A stretch of DNA of 64,000 nt from an uncultured Caldithrix sp. (GTDB lineage: Bacteria; Calditrichota; Calditrichia; RBG-13-44-9): the NCBI GenBank assembly GCA_964461135.1, contig CAYWTB010000002.1:3585-67584 (forward strand), read 5' to 3'. The position numbers and the translations under genes are program-made. Of the stretch, positions 27,562 through 35,328 are shown one piece after another; position 1 is the first letter of the stretch, and each line of letters starts with the position of its first letter. The notes beneath the pieces are model-generated. The model worked only from the letters and a program-made list of their open reading frames with translations, searched no databases and was not told the origin of the DNA.

Positions 27562-29402
27562 GTGGGAATTTGAAAATAAAAGGTGCTCCCCTGACCCGAT
27601 TCACTGGTCAGTCCAATAAATCCTCCCTGGGATTCAATGAATTCTTTGGACAGGGCAAGTCCAAGTCCTGAACCTTTTTCACCTTTCTCACCTAATTGGA
27701 CAAATTTTTGGAATAATTTCCTTTGATCCTCGGCCTTAATTCCCGGACCTTCATCCTTGACAGTAAAGACAACAAAATTGCCTTCTTTCGACACCTTCAA
27801 TAATATGGTTCCATTTACCGGCGTATAACGAATCGCATTTCCCAGCAGATTTACCAAAACCCACACGGTTTTTTCAATGTCTGCCCACACTAAAGGCAAG
27901 TCAGGTTCAATCTCCTTTTTTATGGAAACTTGTTTTTCCTTTATAAAAATTGCCAGCGCATCAATGGCAAAGCTTAGAATTATGAAAGGTTCAACTTTTA
28001 CAATTTCCAGATGGATATTACCCATTTGAATTCGTGAATATTCCAGTAATTCGTTGACAATCCGCAGCAATCTTGCGGTTTGCAGTGAAATGGAATCGGT
28101 CAAATTTTCCTGCTCAGAATTCAGCGCACCAACCCGGTGATCTTTCAACAATTTTAAGTTTAAATTAATAGCTGAAATCGGCGTCTTGAGTTCATGAGAA
28201 ACCGTGGCCATAAAACTGGTCCGGGCAACATCACGTTCTTCGAAGCGGGTAATATTTTTCAGCAAAATAAGATGTCCCAGAGTTATACTAACCTCACTTG
28301 GGGACGCAAAGGACCTCATTTTAATAATTTGAACATGATAAAATCTCTTCTGATTATCATGTTCCCATTCAATAATTTCATCCTGGGATGGTTTACTCTT
28401 ATTTTCCAATAATATTTCATTAATTAATTCCTGGAGCTGGTTATTTCCCCAGGAAATAGATGATACTGATTTGCCAATAACCTGTGACTTTTCCAGCCCA
28501 AGCAATTTCAAGGTAACATGATTGATATAGAGAATGGTATTGTCCTTTCCAAGCACGAGCACGGCATCATCAAAATTTTCGATAATGCTTTCCAGTCTTT
28601 TCTTTTCCAATAAAATTTGTTCAAGATTTTGACTTTCGAATTCCCTTAATTTGACAGCCATTGTATTGAAGGCTAACGCCATTTCACCCAGTTCATTACC
28701 GGGAGGATAATCCAAACGCTGATCATAATTTCGCTGAGATATTTCTCTGATCTTTGCCGTCAATTCACTTATAGGCTTTAGTATCATTTTGGGCAAATAA
28801 ATCAGTAGCCAAACAGTAAAGATGATGCAAAACAAACCCAATATTGAAATATAGGTACCCACATGATCAGCAGTATTTTCTGCTTTTGTATTCCTTTGCA
28901 ATATTGCGTTCATGTTTAAATTATAAATTTCCTCCACCACATTCCGCACTTGGTTGTACTTCACCTGAATTTCCGAATAATAGTGTGACGGGTTGTATAC
29001 ATTCTGTTGAATGATAAGGCTAAAATTATCCAGATAACTCTGATAGTTTTTACCGAGTTTTTCTACTAATTCCTTCTCACCCACTTCTGTTATATTTTTT
29101 TCCTGTGCCATTAGCGCATTATTAAAAGTAGTTATCGCCTGGGCATATTCTGTTGTAAAATTATTCAATGCAAGACTATCCCTATTCATGAACATGATCC
29201 GTTTAATCTGCATGGTTTGGATCACATCCAACGAATTCAACATAATATGGGCATAGTTTACCGATGCATTGTTGTCGCGAAGAATTGCCCGCGAATCTCT
29301 GGAAAGTTCAAATACAAAAAGAGAACCGGCCAGGCTGAGCAGGACGATGAGTAAAAACAGAATGCTAATGCCACCCACAATTCGCGTTTTTAATTTTTTC
29401 AT
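27534..29402 (-). CDS. Sensor histidine kinase (TM-HAMP-PAS-HisKA-HATPase_c)
   Basis: H-box is FMATVSHELKTPISAI, N-box is LVNLLGNAIRYTP, and the G-boxes are VKDEGPGI and GSGLGLALSKEF. There is an N-terminal TM pair. Confidence 0.85.
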   Translation of the reverse strand: MKKLKTRIVGGISILFLLIVLLSLAGSLFVFELSRDSRAILRDNNASVNYAHIMLNSLDVIQTMQIKRIMFMNRDSLALNNFTTEYAQAITTFNNALMAQEKNITEVGEKELVEKLGKNYQSYLDNFSLIIQQNVYNPSHYYSEIQVKYNQVRNVVEEIYNLNMNAILQRNTKAENTADHVGTYISILGLFCIIFTVWLLIYLPKMILKPISELTAKIREISQRNYDQRLDYPPGNELGEMALAFNTMAVKLREFESQNLEQILLEKKRLESIIENFDDAVLVLGKDNTILYINHVTLKLLGLEKSQVIGKSVSSISWGNNQLQELINEILLENKSKPSQDEIIEWEHDNQKRFYHVQIIKMRSFASPSEVSITLGHLILLKNITRFEERDVARTSFMATVSHELKTPISAINLNLKLLKDHRVGALNSEQENLTDSISLQTARLLRIVNELLEYSRIQMGNIHLEIVKVEPFIILSFAIDALAIFIKEKQVSIKKEIEPDLPLVWADIEKTVWVLVNLLGNAIRYTPVNGTILLKVSKEGNFVVFTVKDEGPGIKAEDQRKLFQKFVQLGEKGEKGSGLGLALSKEFIESQGGFIGLTSESGQGSTFYFQIPTCGSGASIN

Positions 29403-29411
29403 GGTATCTCT

Positions 29412-29516
29412 TTAGAATTTTTTGTTTTTTTTGTAATTTTTTCTCTTTATCCATTTTTCGAATTTGAATCCCAAATAAATAGTCAGGATAATTATGACTA
29501 AAATGAGTATGTCCAT
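29412..29516 (-). CDS. Unlisted 34-aa hydrophobic micro-ORF upstream of the kinase (speculative)
   Basis: My translation is MDILILVIIILTIYLGFKFEKWIKRKNYKKNKKF. It lies between the sigma54-like promoter and the kinase start. Confidence 0.3.
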   Translation of the reverse strand: MDILILVIIILTIYLGFKFEKWIKRKNYKKNKKF

Positions 29517-29547
29517 TTTTGCATTACCTCATTTTTTAAGGTAAAAA

Positions 29548-29564
29548 CTTCAATATCCATGCCA
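29548..29564 (-). promoter_or_regulatory. Candidate sigma54 (-24/-12) promoter
   Basis: Minus strand reads TGGCAT-GGATA-TTGAA, against the consensus TGGCAC-N5-TTGCA. It lies about 30 nt upstream of the micro-ORF and downstream of the sigma54-dependent regulator gene. Confidence 0.4.
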
Positions 29565-29734
29565 ATTCGATACTCCAGTCGCGTGGGCAAAAATAATATG
29601 TTGTTTTTACTGTAATTAGAAGGTGTAATAAGAAGTGAAAATACTATTCAATCATGTTTTTATATACTCTCAATTTGAGAGACTCTATCATTTTGAAATA
29701 CTTTTAGGTCAAAGAAGATGAATGAACAGATATT

Positions 29735-31105
29735 TTAAAGGCTGGCCAACTTTCGATATAAGGTTGCTGGGCTTATTCCCAGAATTTTTGCTGCCCTTGT
29801 GCGGTTCCCATTGCATGCTTCCAGGACGTCTTTGATATGTTGTTTCTCAAGTTCGGATAAAGAAAGCGAACTGGCAGGAACATTGTCAGATTCTACACTT
29901 TTTCGGGCTGAAAAAACGAAAGGCAAAGGTACTTCACCCAAAATTTTAGTGTTACAGAGAATCACCGCTCTTTCAATAATATTTTTCAATTCCCGAATAT
30001 TTCCAGGATAATCATATTCTATAAGCTGTTTTAAAAAGTCAGATTTAATACCGTCAATATTTTTATTGAATTTTTGATTATAGTGTTTTAGGAAATAGTC
30101 CGCTAACATGGGAATATCAGTTTTACGAAGGCGTAATGGGGGGATATCTATAACCATTACAGCAATCCGATAATACAGGTCTTCCCGGAAATGGCCTTTT
30201 TCCATTTCCAGTTCCAGATTACGGTTTGAAGCGGCAATTATCCGGACATCAACCTCTGTGGGTTTGGTATCTCCCGCCTTTATAAACGTACCTGTTTCCA
30301 GGGCACGCAGAAGCTTAGACTGCAGATTTTGCTCCAGCTCACCGATCTCATCCAGGAAAAGCGTACCGCCGTCAGCTTCTTCAAACAGACCTTTTTTATT
30401 TTTCGAAGCACCGGTAAATGCTCCGGCTTTATAACCAAACATTTCAGATTCTAATAAATTATGAGCAAAAGCACTGCAATTAAGTGCTAAAAAGGGATTT
30501 TCACAACGTTTTCCGGAATAATGAATGGCCTGAGCAAAAATCTCTTTGCCTGTTCCGGTTTCTCCCATGAGCAAAACAGGGACATCAGTTTCTGCGGCTT
30601 TTTTGGCCATAGTGACTGCACGCAGTAAATTATCAGACTGTCCTATTAAATTTTCAAAGCCATATTTCTTTAACAGTTGATTTTCCAAATGATCAATGCG
30701 CATTTTCAACTGTACCTTTTCCAGCGCACGTTCCACCACGGGTGCAATTTTATTATCCTCATCACCCTTGGTAATGTAGTCAAAGGCACCTTCTTTAATG
30801 GCCCTGACTCCATCACCGATGCTCCCATAGGCTGTGAGAATAATAATTTCAAGGTTGGGAAATTCCGATTTAATTTGAGAAAGATAGTCAATCCCATTGC
30901 CATCGGGTAACCGTACATCCAGAATGATAATTTGAATATCCTCACTTCGCAGAATATCAATTCCTTTATGAAGAGTAGATGTTTCCCAGACTTTATAGTT
31001 TTCCAATTTAAGAAGACGTGCAAGTGCCTTGCGCAAAGGCTCCTCATCATCTATGATAAGTACATTTTTTGCCAGCATACTTAATAATACCACCTTGATG
31101 ATCAC
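29735..31105 (-). CDS. Sigma54-dependent response regulator (NtrC family: REC-AAA+-HTH_8); probable start at 31078
   Basis: REC domain shows VLIIDDEE...IILDVRLPDGNG. The AAA+ domain shows GETGTGKE, GAFTGA and GTLFLDEIGEL. The C-terminal Fis-type HTH is NRTRAAKILGISPATLYRKL. Confidence 0.9.
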   Translation of the reverse strand: MIIKVVLLSMLAKNVLIIDDEEPLRKALARLLKLENYKVWETSTLHKGIDILRSEDIQIIILDVRLPDGNGIDYLSQIKSEFPNLEIIILTAYGSIGDGVRAIKEGAFDYITKGDEDNKIAPVVERALEKVQLKMRIDHLENQLLKKYGFENLIGQSDNLLRAVTMAKKAAETDVPVLLMGETGTGKEIFAQAIHYSGKRCENPFLALNCSAFAHNLLESEMFGYKAGAFTGASKNKKGLFEEADGGTLFLDEIGELEQNLQSKLLRALETGTFIKAGDTKPTEVDVRIIAASNRNLELEMEKGHFREDLYYRIAVMVIDIPPLRLRKTDIPMLADYFLKHYNQKFNKNIDGIKSDFLKQLIEYDYPGNIRELKNIIERAVILCNTKILGEVPLPFVFSARKSVESDNVPASSLSLSELEKQHIKDVLEACNGNRTRAAKILGISPATLYRKLASL

Positions 31106-31254
31106 TAAAATATAAAAATAATTATTGTATTCTGCATCTTATCAAAAAATAAATGAAATAATCAAAATTTATGCACATGAGTAGTAAATAAATCAGATCG
31201 TTTTTATAATCTCAAATATTGTGGAGGGAAATTTAAATTCAATCATTCAGGAGA

Positions 31255-31530
31255 TTAGTACATCTTGTCATTATTAGAAATTAAATCACTGGCCTTTACT
31301 TTTGCTAATTCCAATACAGCTACAAACTGTAATGGAGTCAGATGAGACTTGGCTTGCAGATCCAAAATTCCAGTGACAATAGCTTCATTTTCATCCATAT
31401 AAAAACAATTCTCATCAATTCCAGTTGGCTTGCCATTCCTTTTAGCAACCACTTCTTTTTCATTTTCCAGCAGTTCTTTAAAAGATAAAATTCTAATTGG
31501 GCTTACCCACGGCATAGCATTTCCTTTCAT
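31255..31530 (-). CDS. Hypothetical small protein (phage-like operon)
   Basis: 91-aa ORF with a 4-nt overlap to the upstream gene. Confidence 0.5.
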   Translation of the reverse strand: MKGNAMPWVSPIRILSFKELLENEKEVVAKRNGKPTGIDENCFYMDENEAIVTGILDLQAKSHLTPLQFVAVLELAKVKASDLISNNDKMY

Positions 31531-31826
31531 TTAAACATTCCATCCAAAGCATCAACCGGAACCGAGCCTGACCAAACGAACCGATACCAATCACCATTCT
31601 CTAACTGAAACCAATAGATCAATCCCTTAACCCATTTCCTTCCCGCGATCTCAAACTGTTTGGGAAATTGCACTGGCCGTGGAATATGTCCTGCAGAAAA
31701 CAACCTATTGAATTCCTTGATCATCTGAGAATGACTAACCTGAGTCGTCCTTATATAAGGTTTAGGCGGTTCCGTTGTCGATACTTGTACGATCTTAGGA
31801 CAACCGATCATATTCCGTGACCTCAC
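31527..31826 (-). CDS. Hypothetical small protein
   Basis: 99-aa ORF in the same operon. Confidence 0.5.
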   Translation of the reverse strand: MRSRNMIGCPKIVQVSTTEPPKPYIRTTQVSHSQMIKEFNRLFSAGHIPRPVQFPKQFEIAGRKWVKGLIYWFQLENGDWYRFVWSGSVPVDALDGMFK

Positions 31827-31992
31827 CGGTTATCAGATCCACATCATATTTCTTGAACAGGGCATAAACCTGAACAATGACCGTTGCTTTTTTTTCCGAT
31901 CCATTAATCACACCAACCATCCGGAACTTATTGTGCATCAGATGTTTCTGCATCCGGGCTTCCAGGTGTCTGAATAAATGCGGTCCGTTCAT
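31795..31992 (-). CDS. Hypothetical small protein
   Basis: 65-aa ORF in the same operon. Confidence 0.45.
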   Translation of the reverse strand: MNGPHLFRHLEARMQKHLMHNKFRMVGVINGSEKKATVIVQVYALFKKYDVDLITGEVTEYDRLS

Positions 31993-32168
31993 GCCTGCAC
32001 CACAATCGTTTGAATCGCGTCATTCAAATCATCCGGATTAATTTTCAGTCCGGAAATCTCACTGGCTATTGCAAAATCCCGAATTGCTTCCTGATTCCCA
32101 GGATCTCCACCACCATCCAAATATTCATGAGCCAGTTCATAAATCAAACCATTCGGTACATTATTCAT
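31989..32168 (-). CDS. Unlisted 59-aa ORF
   Basis: My translation is MNNVPNGLIYELAHEYLDGGGDPGNQEAIRDFAIASEISGLKINPDDLNDAIQTIVVQA. AAGGGAGA lies upstream. Its stop overlaps the next ATG (ATGA). Confidence 0.45.
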   Translation of the reverse strand: MNNVPNGLIYELAHEYLDGGGDPGNQEAIRDFAIASEISGLKINPDDLNDAIQTIVVQA

Positions 32169-32207
32169 AACTTATGTCTCCCTTGTTTAGAATACTAAAC
32201 TTTTTGG

Positions 32208-32672
32208 CTATAACAAAACACCATTCCACACAATCTTAACTGAATAGGCTTTTGCCAATTCCTGTAAAAATTCATGGTCATTTACCGCAGGATTCATTTC
32301 TTCAAATTTGATCGAAATGTTCTTACCATCAAACATCGATCCCAGATAACCAATATCAGCTGCCGTAACCTGCCAGCTGTAATGTGCCACATTCACATCA
32401 AAATCCGGAAGCAGATAACCTCCCCTGAACACCTTACCAATAATTTGTTTCACTCCATGCCATACCGCTGGCGACCACATCAGCCCTCTTTTCCGCAGAG
32501 TATTCGGATCAATCGCATCCACATTAGCAACCGACCAACCGACTGGGAGCGGAGTTACTATAACTATTTCCGGTTTCTTATCAATCAAAGCCTGGGATAA
32601 TTCAGCCATCTTTACCAGAGCAAATTCCACATCTTGCTCAAACGCACAGTCAGCGATCCTGAAATCCATCAT
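32208..32672 (-). CDS. Hypothetical protein
   Basis: 154-aa ORF in the operon. Confidence 0.55.
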   Translation of the reverse strand: MMDFRIADCAFEQDVEFALVKMAELSQALIDKKPEIVIVTPLPVGWSVANVDAIDPNTLRKRGLMWSPAVWHGVKQIIGKVFRGGYLLPDFDVNVAHYSWQVTAADIGYLGSMFDGKNISIKFEEMNPAVNDHEFLQELAKAYSVKIVWNGVLL

Positions 32673-32786
32673 TCTATCTCCCTGTTTTTATAATGAGTTT
32701 CAATTCGTTCTTGGTCATTTGATCATAATCTTTTTCAATGACCCGTGCCATTTCCACTCCTTGTTAAATGAAAAAGGAAAGGACTT

Positions 32787-33047
32787 TCACTCTTTCCGTG
32801 GTTCCACATTTTCCAAAATTAGAATGAACTTTCCATCCGGGTCCACTTCTACTGTTATGGACTGTCCTTTCTTGTTTTCCAAAATTACCTGTCCAGTCCA
32901 TCCATGAATGTTGACCGTGATATCGTTCCAATTTTCGTGATTTAATTTGAAGTCCACGTCTGATGTTACCGCAACATACCTTTCATCCTCGGTTTCCACG
33001 AAATTTAAGGATTCGTTCACCAGTGGGTTATTGCAGTCCATTTCCAT
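32787..33047 (-). CDS. Hypothetical small protein, first gene after promoter 33076-33104
   Basis: 86-aa ORF. Confidence 0.5.
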   Translation of the reverse strand: MEMDCNNPLVNESLNFVETEDERYVAVTSDVDFKLNHENWNDITVNIHGWTGQVILENKKGQSITVEVDPDGKFILILENVEPRKE

Positions 33048-33075
33048 TTCCTTGTTTATGTTATTGTTTTAATTA

Positions 33076-33104
33076 AAATTACGGAAATAATAACCCATTG
33101 TCAA
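33076..33104 (-). promoter_or_regulatory. Conserved promoter cassette (family member) inside the cargo region
   Basis: Minus strand reads TTGACA-ATGGGTTATTATTTCCG-TAATTT, with an upstream AT-rich tract as at 16.27 and 19.87 kb. Confidence 0.5.
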
Positions 33105-33212
33105 GTATAAAATTAAATATTTTATATATACTATTTACATTCATGGGCAAAAAAAGACCGGATCGCTAAAATCCGGTCCAATATACTGAACAGTAGACAG
33201 AAATAATTTTAT

Positions 33213-33830
33213 TCAGATCGGGGGAAGCGTTCCTAAAATTTTATCCACAGCCAAATTTACCGCATCAATTATTGGGGGTGCGCTCTCAAGTTTAGTTGCA
33301 GTTCCTTTAATACCGTCACTTGTTGCTTCCCAAAGTAGTTTTCCGTCCTTGGTCCCTAACATTGAAAATCTTACAGTTACTCGTGTTTTGCCTCTATTTC
33401 CACCATAACCGAATTCTCCGTCTTGCTGGAAAATATTTACAATCTCACCTTGGAGAATTGCATCTATTCCCAAGGCATTACCAATATCTATCAAAATCGT
33501 TCGATCCGGAACGCCACTCGTTACATAATTATCAATAAACACAGCCCAATCATCAGCCAAATTATTATCATTAAGCAATCTGTTTACTTCTGCACTGCTC
33601 ATAATCTCAACTTTTGGATTTTTGAGTTTAATTGCTTGCGAAATTTTACGATTAATTTGCTGCGCCTCGCTTGGAGCTAATCTCGTGTTTTTTGCAGGAA
33701 AAACGGCTATCTTTTTAATGATTCCACCACCATACCCGGGATCAGTAAAGGTATTAATTGTTGCTTTTTGAACTGCACAGTTAGTTAAAACAATACTCAA
33801 AACCATTACTACCAAAAACCAAAGTTTCAT
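33213..33830 (-). CDS. Putative lipoprotein
   Basis: Signal peptide with lipobox VLTNC. Length is 205 aa. No confident family assignment. Confidence 0.55.
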   Translation of the reverse strand: MKLWFLVVMVLSIVLTNCAVQKATINTFTDPGYGGGIIKKIAVFPAKNTRLAPSEAQQINRKISQAIKLKNPKVEIMSSAEVNRLLNDNNLADDWAVFIDNYVTSGVPDRTILIDIGNALGIDAILQGEIVNIFQQDGEFGYGGNRGKTRVTVRFSMLGTKDGKLLWEATSDGIKGTATKLESAPPIIDAVNLAVDKILGTLPPI

Positions 33831-33889
33831 ATAAAATCTCCTTTCTAAAAAAGTTTAATCCTCCCAACTCAATTCAATCGAAGATTCTA

Positions 33890-34402
33890 TTATTTCGATT
33901 CTTTTAAAAATTTGGCAATCTTTTTCTGATCATCTTTCGATAAATCAATATCCCAATATTGTGAACCACTACCAAACACCCTTAAACTACCTCCCCAGTG
34001 ACTTAGAAAACCCAATTCCATATCGATTACTCTATAACCCACAACTTCAAATATCCAACCATCCTCATCATAGCGTTCCTCATGTCCAGACTTTAAATAT
34101 CTAACCGTACTATCATATACAAAAAATAATTTTGCATCACTCAAACCCAAGTCGGTTTTACTGCAGGACATAACCAGTAGCAACCATTCACCATAATCAT
34201 CTGTCTTGTAAATTGTCCTTACTAATTTCAATTCAAGACCCTGATTTCCAGTTTGATTTTCCGGTTCCCACCAATCCGAATACCAAGTAACTTTTCCTTG
34301 ATTAAACTTGTCTCCCTTGCTCTTATAAACATTCCATTCATCCAGACAATATCCAAAATAAACCACACCAATAATCAATATCAGGACAAAAACTTTTTTC
34401 AT
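33890..34402 (-). CDS. Hypothetical secreted/membrane-anchored protein
   Basis: 170 aa with the N-terminal hydrophobic segment VFVLILIIGVVYFGY. Confidence 0.5.
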   Translation of the reverse strand: MKKVFVLILIIGVVYFGYCLDEWNVYKSKGDKFNQGKVTWYSDWWEPENQTGNQGLELKLVRTIYKTDDYGEWLLLVMSCSKTDLGLSDAKLFFVYDSTVRYLKSGHEERYDEDGWIFEVVGYRVIDMELGFLSHWGGSLRVFGSGSQYWDIDLSKDDQKKIAKFLKESK

Positions 34403-34413
34403 TTTTTTCCTTT

Positions 34414-35037
34414 CTATCTGGGTGGATTACATTTGCTGCAGGGCGAACATTTCTTCCTGGCTTCACTTAACGGAATGGGAATACAGCTCTTTCTCAAACA
34501 AGAACAATCACTCCGATGATATTTCGTTCCTGTCTTAGTTACATATACAATAACGTCCTTGTCCTGATCTTTCTGCTGTTCGTTGAACTGCACTCCCCAC
34601 AATCCACGACCATTCTCTCTGGCCTCTTTCTGTAATTTCGTTAACAGGTCCACGTACTTTATGTTCGGGGGATACGTTGAAACCTGAGCATACCCCTGTT
34701 TCACCAATTCAGCGTTAAAAAAAGCTCCATCTTCCAGATAAGCATAAGCTAAGAGCCGGCCATACTTATCTCTTTCCTGAACGTCAAATTCAAGTCGAAT
34801 CCTTTTACCTTCCAACATTTTCTTGGTAAAATTACTGGCCTCTTTTCCATAATACTGAACCGGTTTTGAAGGATGAACTGTCTCCGGAGTATCAACCCCT
34901 ATCAGACGAACTTTCTCACCATTAGCCAATACAAAGGTGTCACCATCAATAACCCTGTCAACCTTAACCAATTCCTGGGCATACAATCCCAAGAATAGAG
35001 CCAAAAGCAATAGCAAGACATTCCTTGTCAATCTCAC
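34414..35037 (-). CDS. Secreted thermonuclease (staphylococcal-nuclease fold) with C-terminal Cys-rich tail
   Basis: VIDGDTFVLANGEKVRLIGVDTPE...YGKEAS...DKYGRLLAYAY is a canonical SNase pattern. A signal peptide is present. The tail is KYHRSDCSCL...CSPCSKC. Confidence 0.85.
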   Translation of the reverse strand: MRLTRNVLLLLLALFLGLYAQELVKVDRVIDGDTFVLANGEKVRLIGVDTPETVHPSKPVQYYGKEASNFTKKMLEGKRIRLEFDVQERDKYGRLLAYAYLEDGAFFNAELVKQGYAQVSTYPPNIKYVDLLTKLQKEARENGRGLWGVQFNEQQKDQDKDVIVYVTKTGTKYHRSDCSCLRKSCIPIPLSEARKKCSPCSKCNPPR

Positions 35038-35144
35038 AGTGCCTCTACAATTTTGAATGAATTTTGATATAATTTAATTCACCTGTTTCCCTTGTCAAGC
35101 TAATAATGAAATTTTTTGTGATTTTAAAGAACTTAGAGCTTTTC

Positions 35145-35165
35145 CATTTCCCACTGTGGGAAATG
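35145..35165. repeat. Hairpin-family copy 6 (compensatory variant)
   Basis: CATTTCCCAC-t-GTGGGAAATG, a perfect 10-bp stem. It lies about 47 nt upstream (minus sense) of the -35 box TTGACA at 35098..35093. Confidence 0.7.
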
Positions 35166-35231
35166 ACTAAAAACCATATTTTCCGAAAAATACCACCAAA
35201 TCCATAAAAATTGCCAATATGCCAAAAATTG

Positions 35232-35287
35232 ATGCGTCCTAAATCGACCTGGATTCAACTAAATAGATTAAACAATATGATAGGTTG
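35232..35287. repeat. 56-nt repeat Z, copy 1
   Basis: The sequence is atgcgtcctaaatcgacctggattcaactaaatagattaaacaatatgataggttg. It differs at only about 3 positions from 49584-49639 and is in the same orientation. Confidence 0.8.
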
Positions 35288-35328
35288 TTCAAAATAAGGC
35301 AGGAAAATTCTAATCAAATTCTATATTT

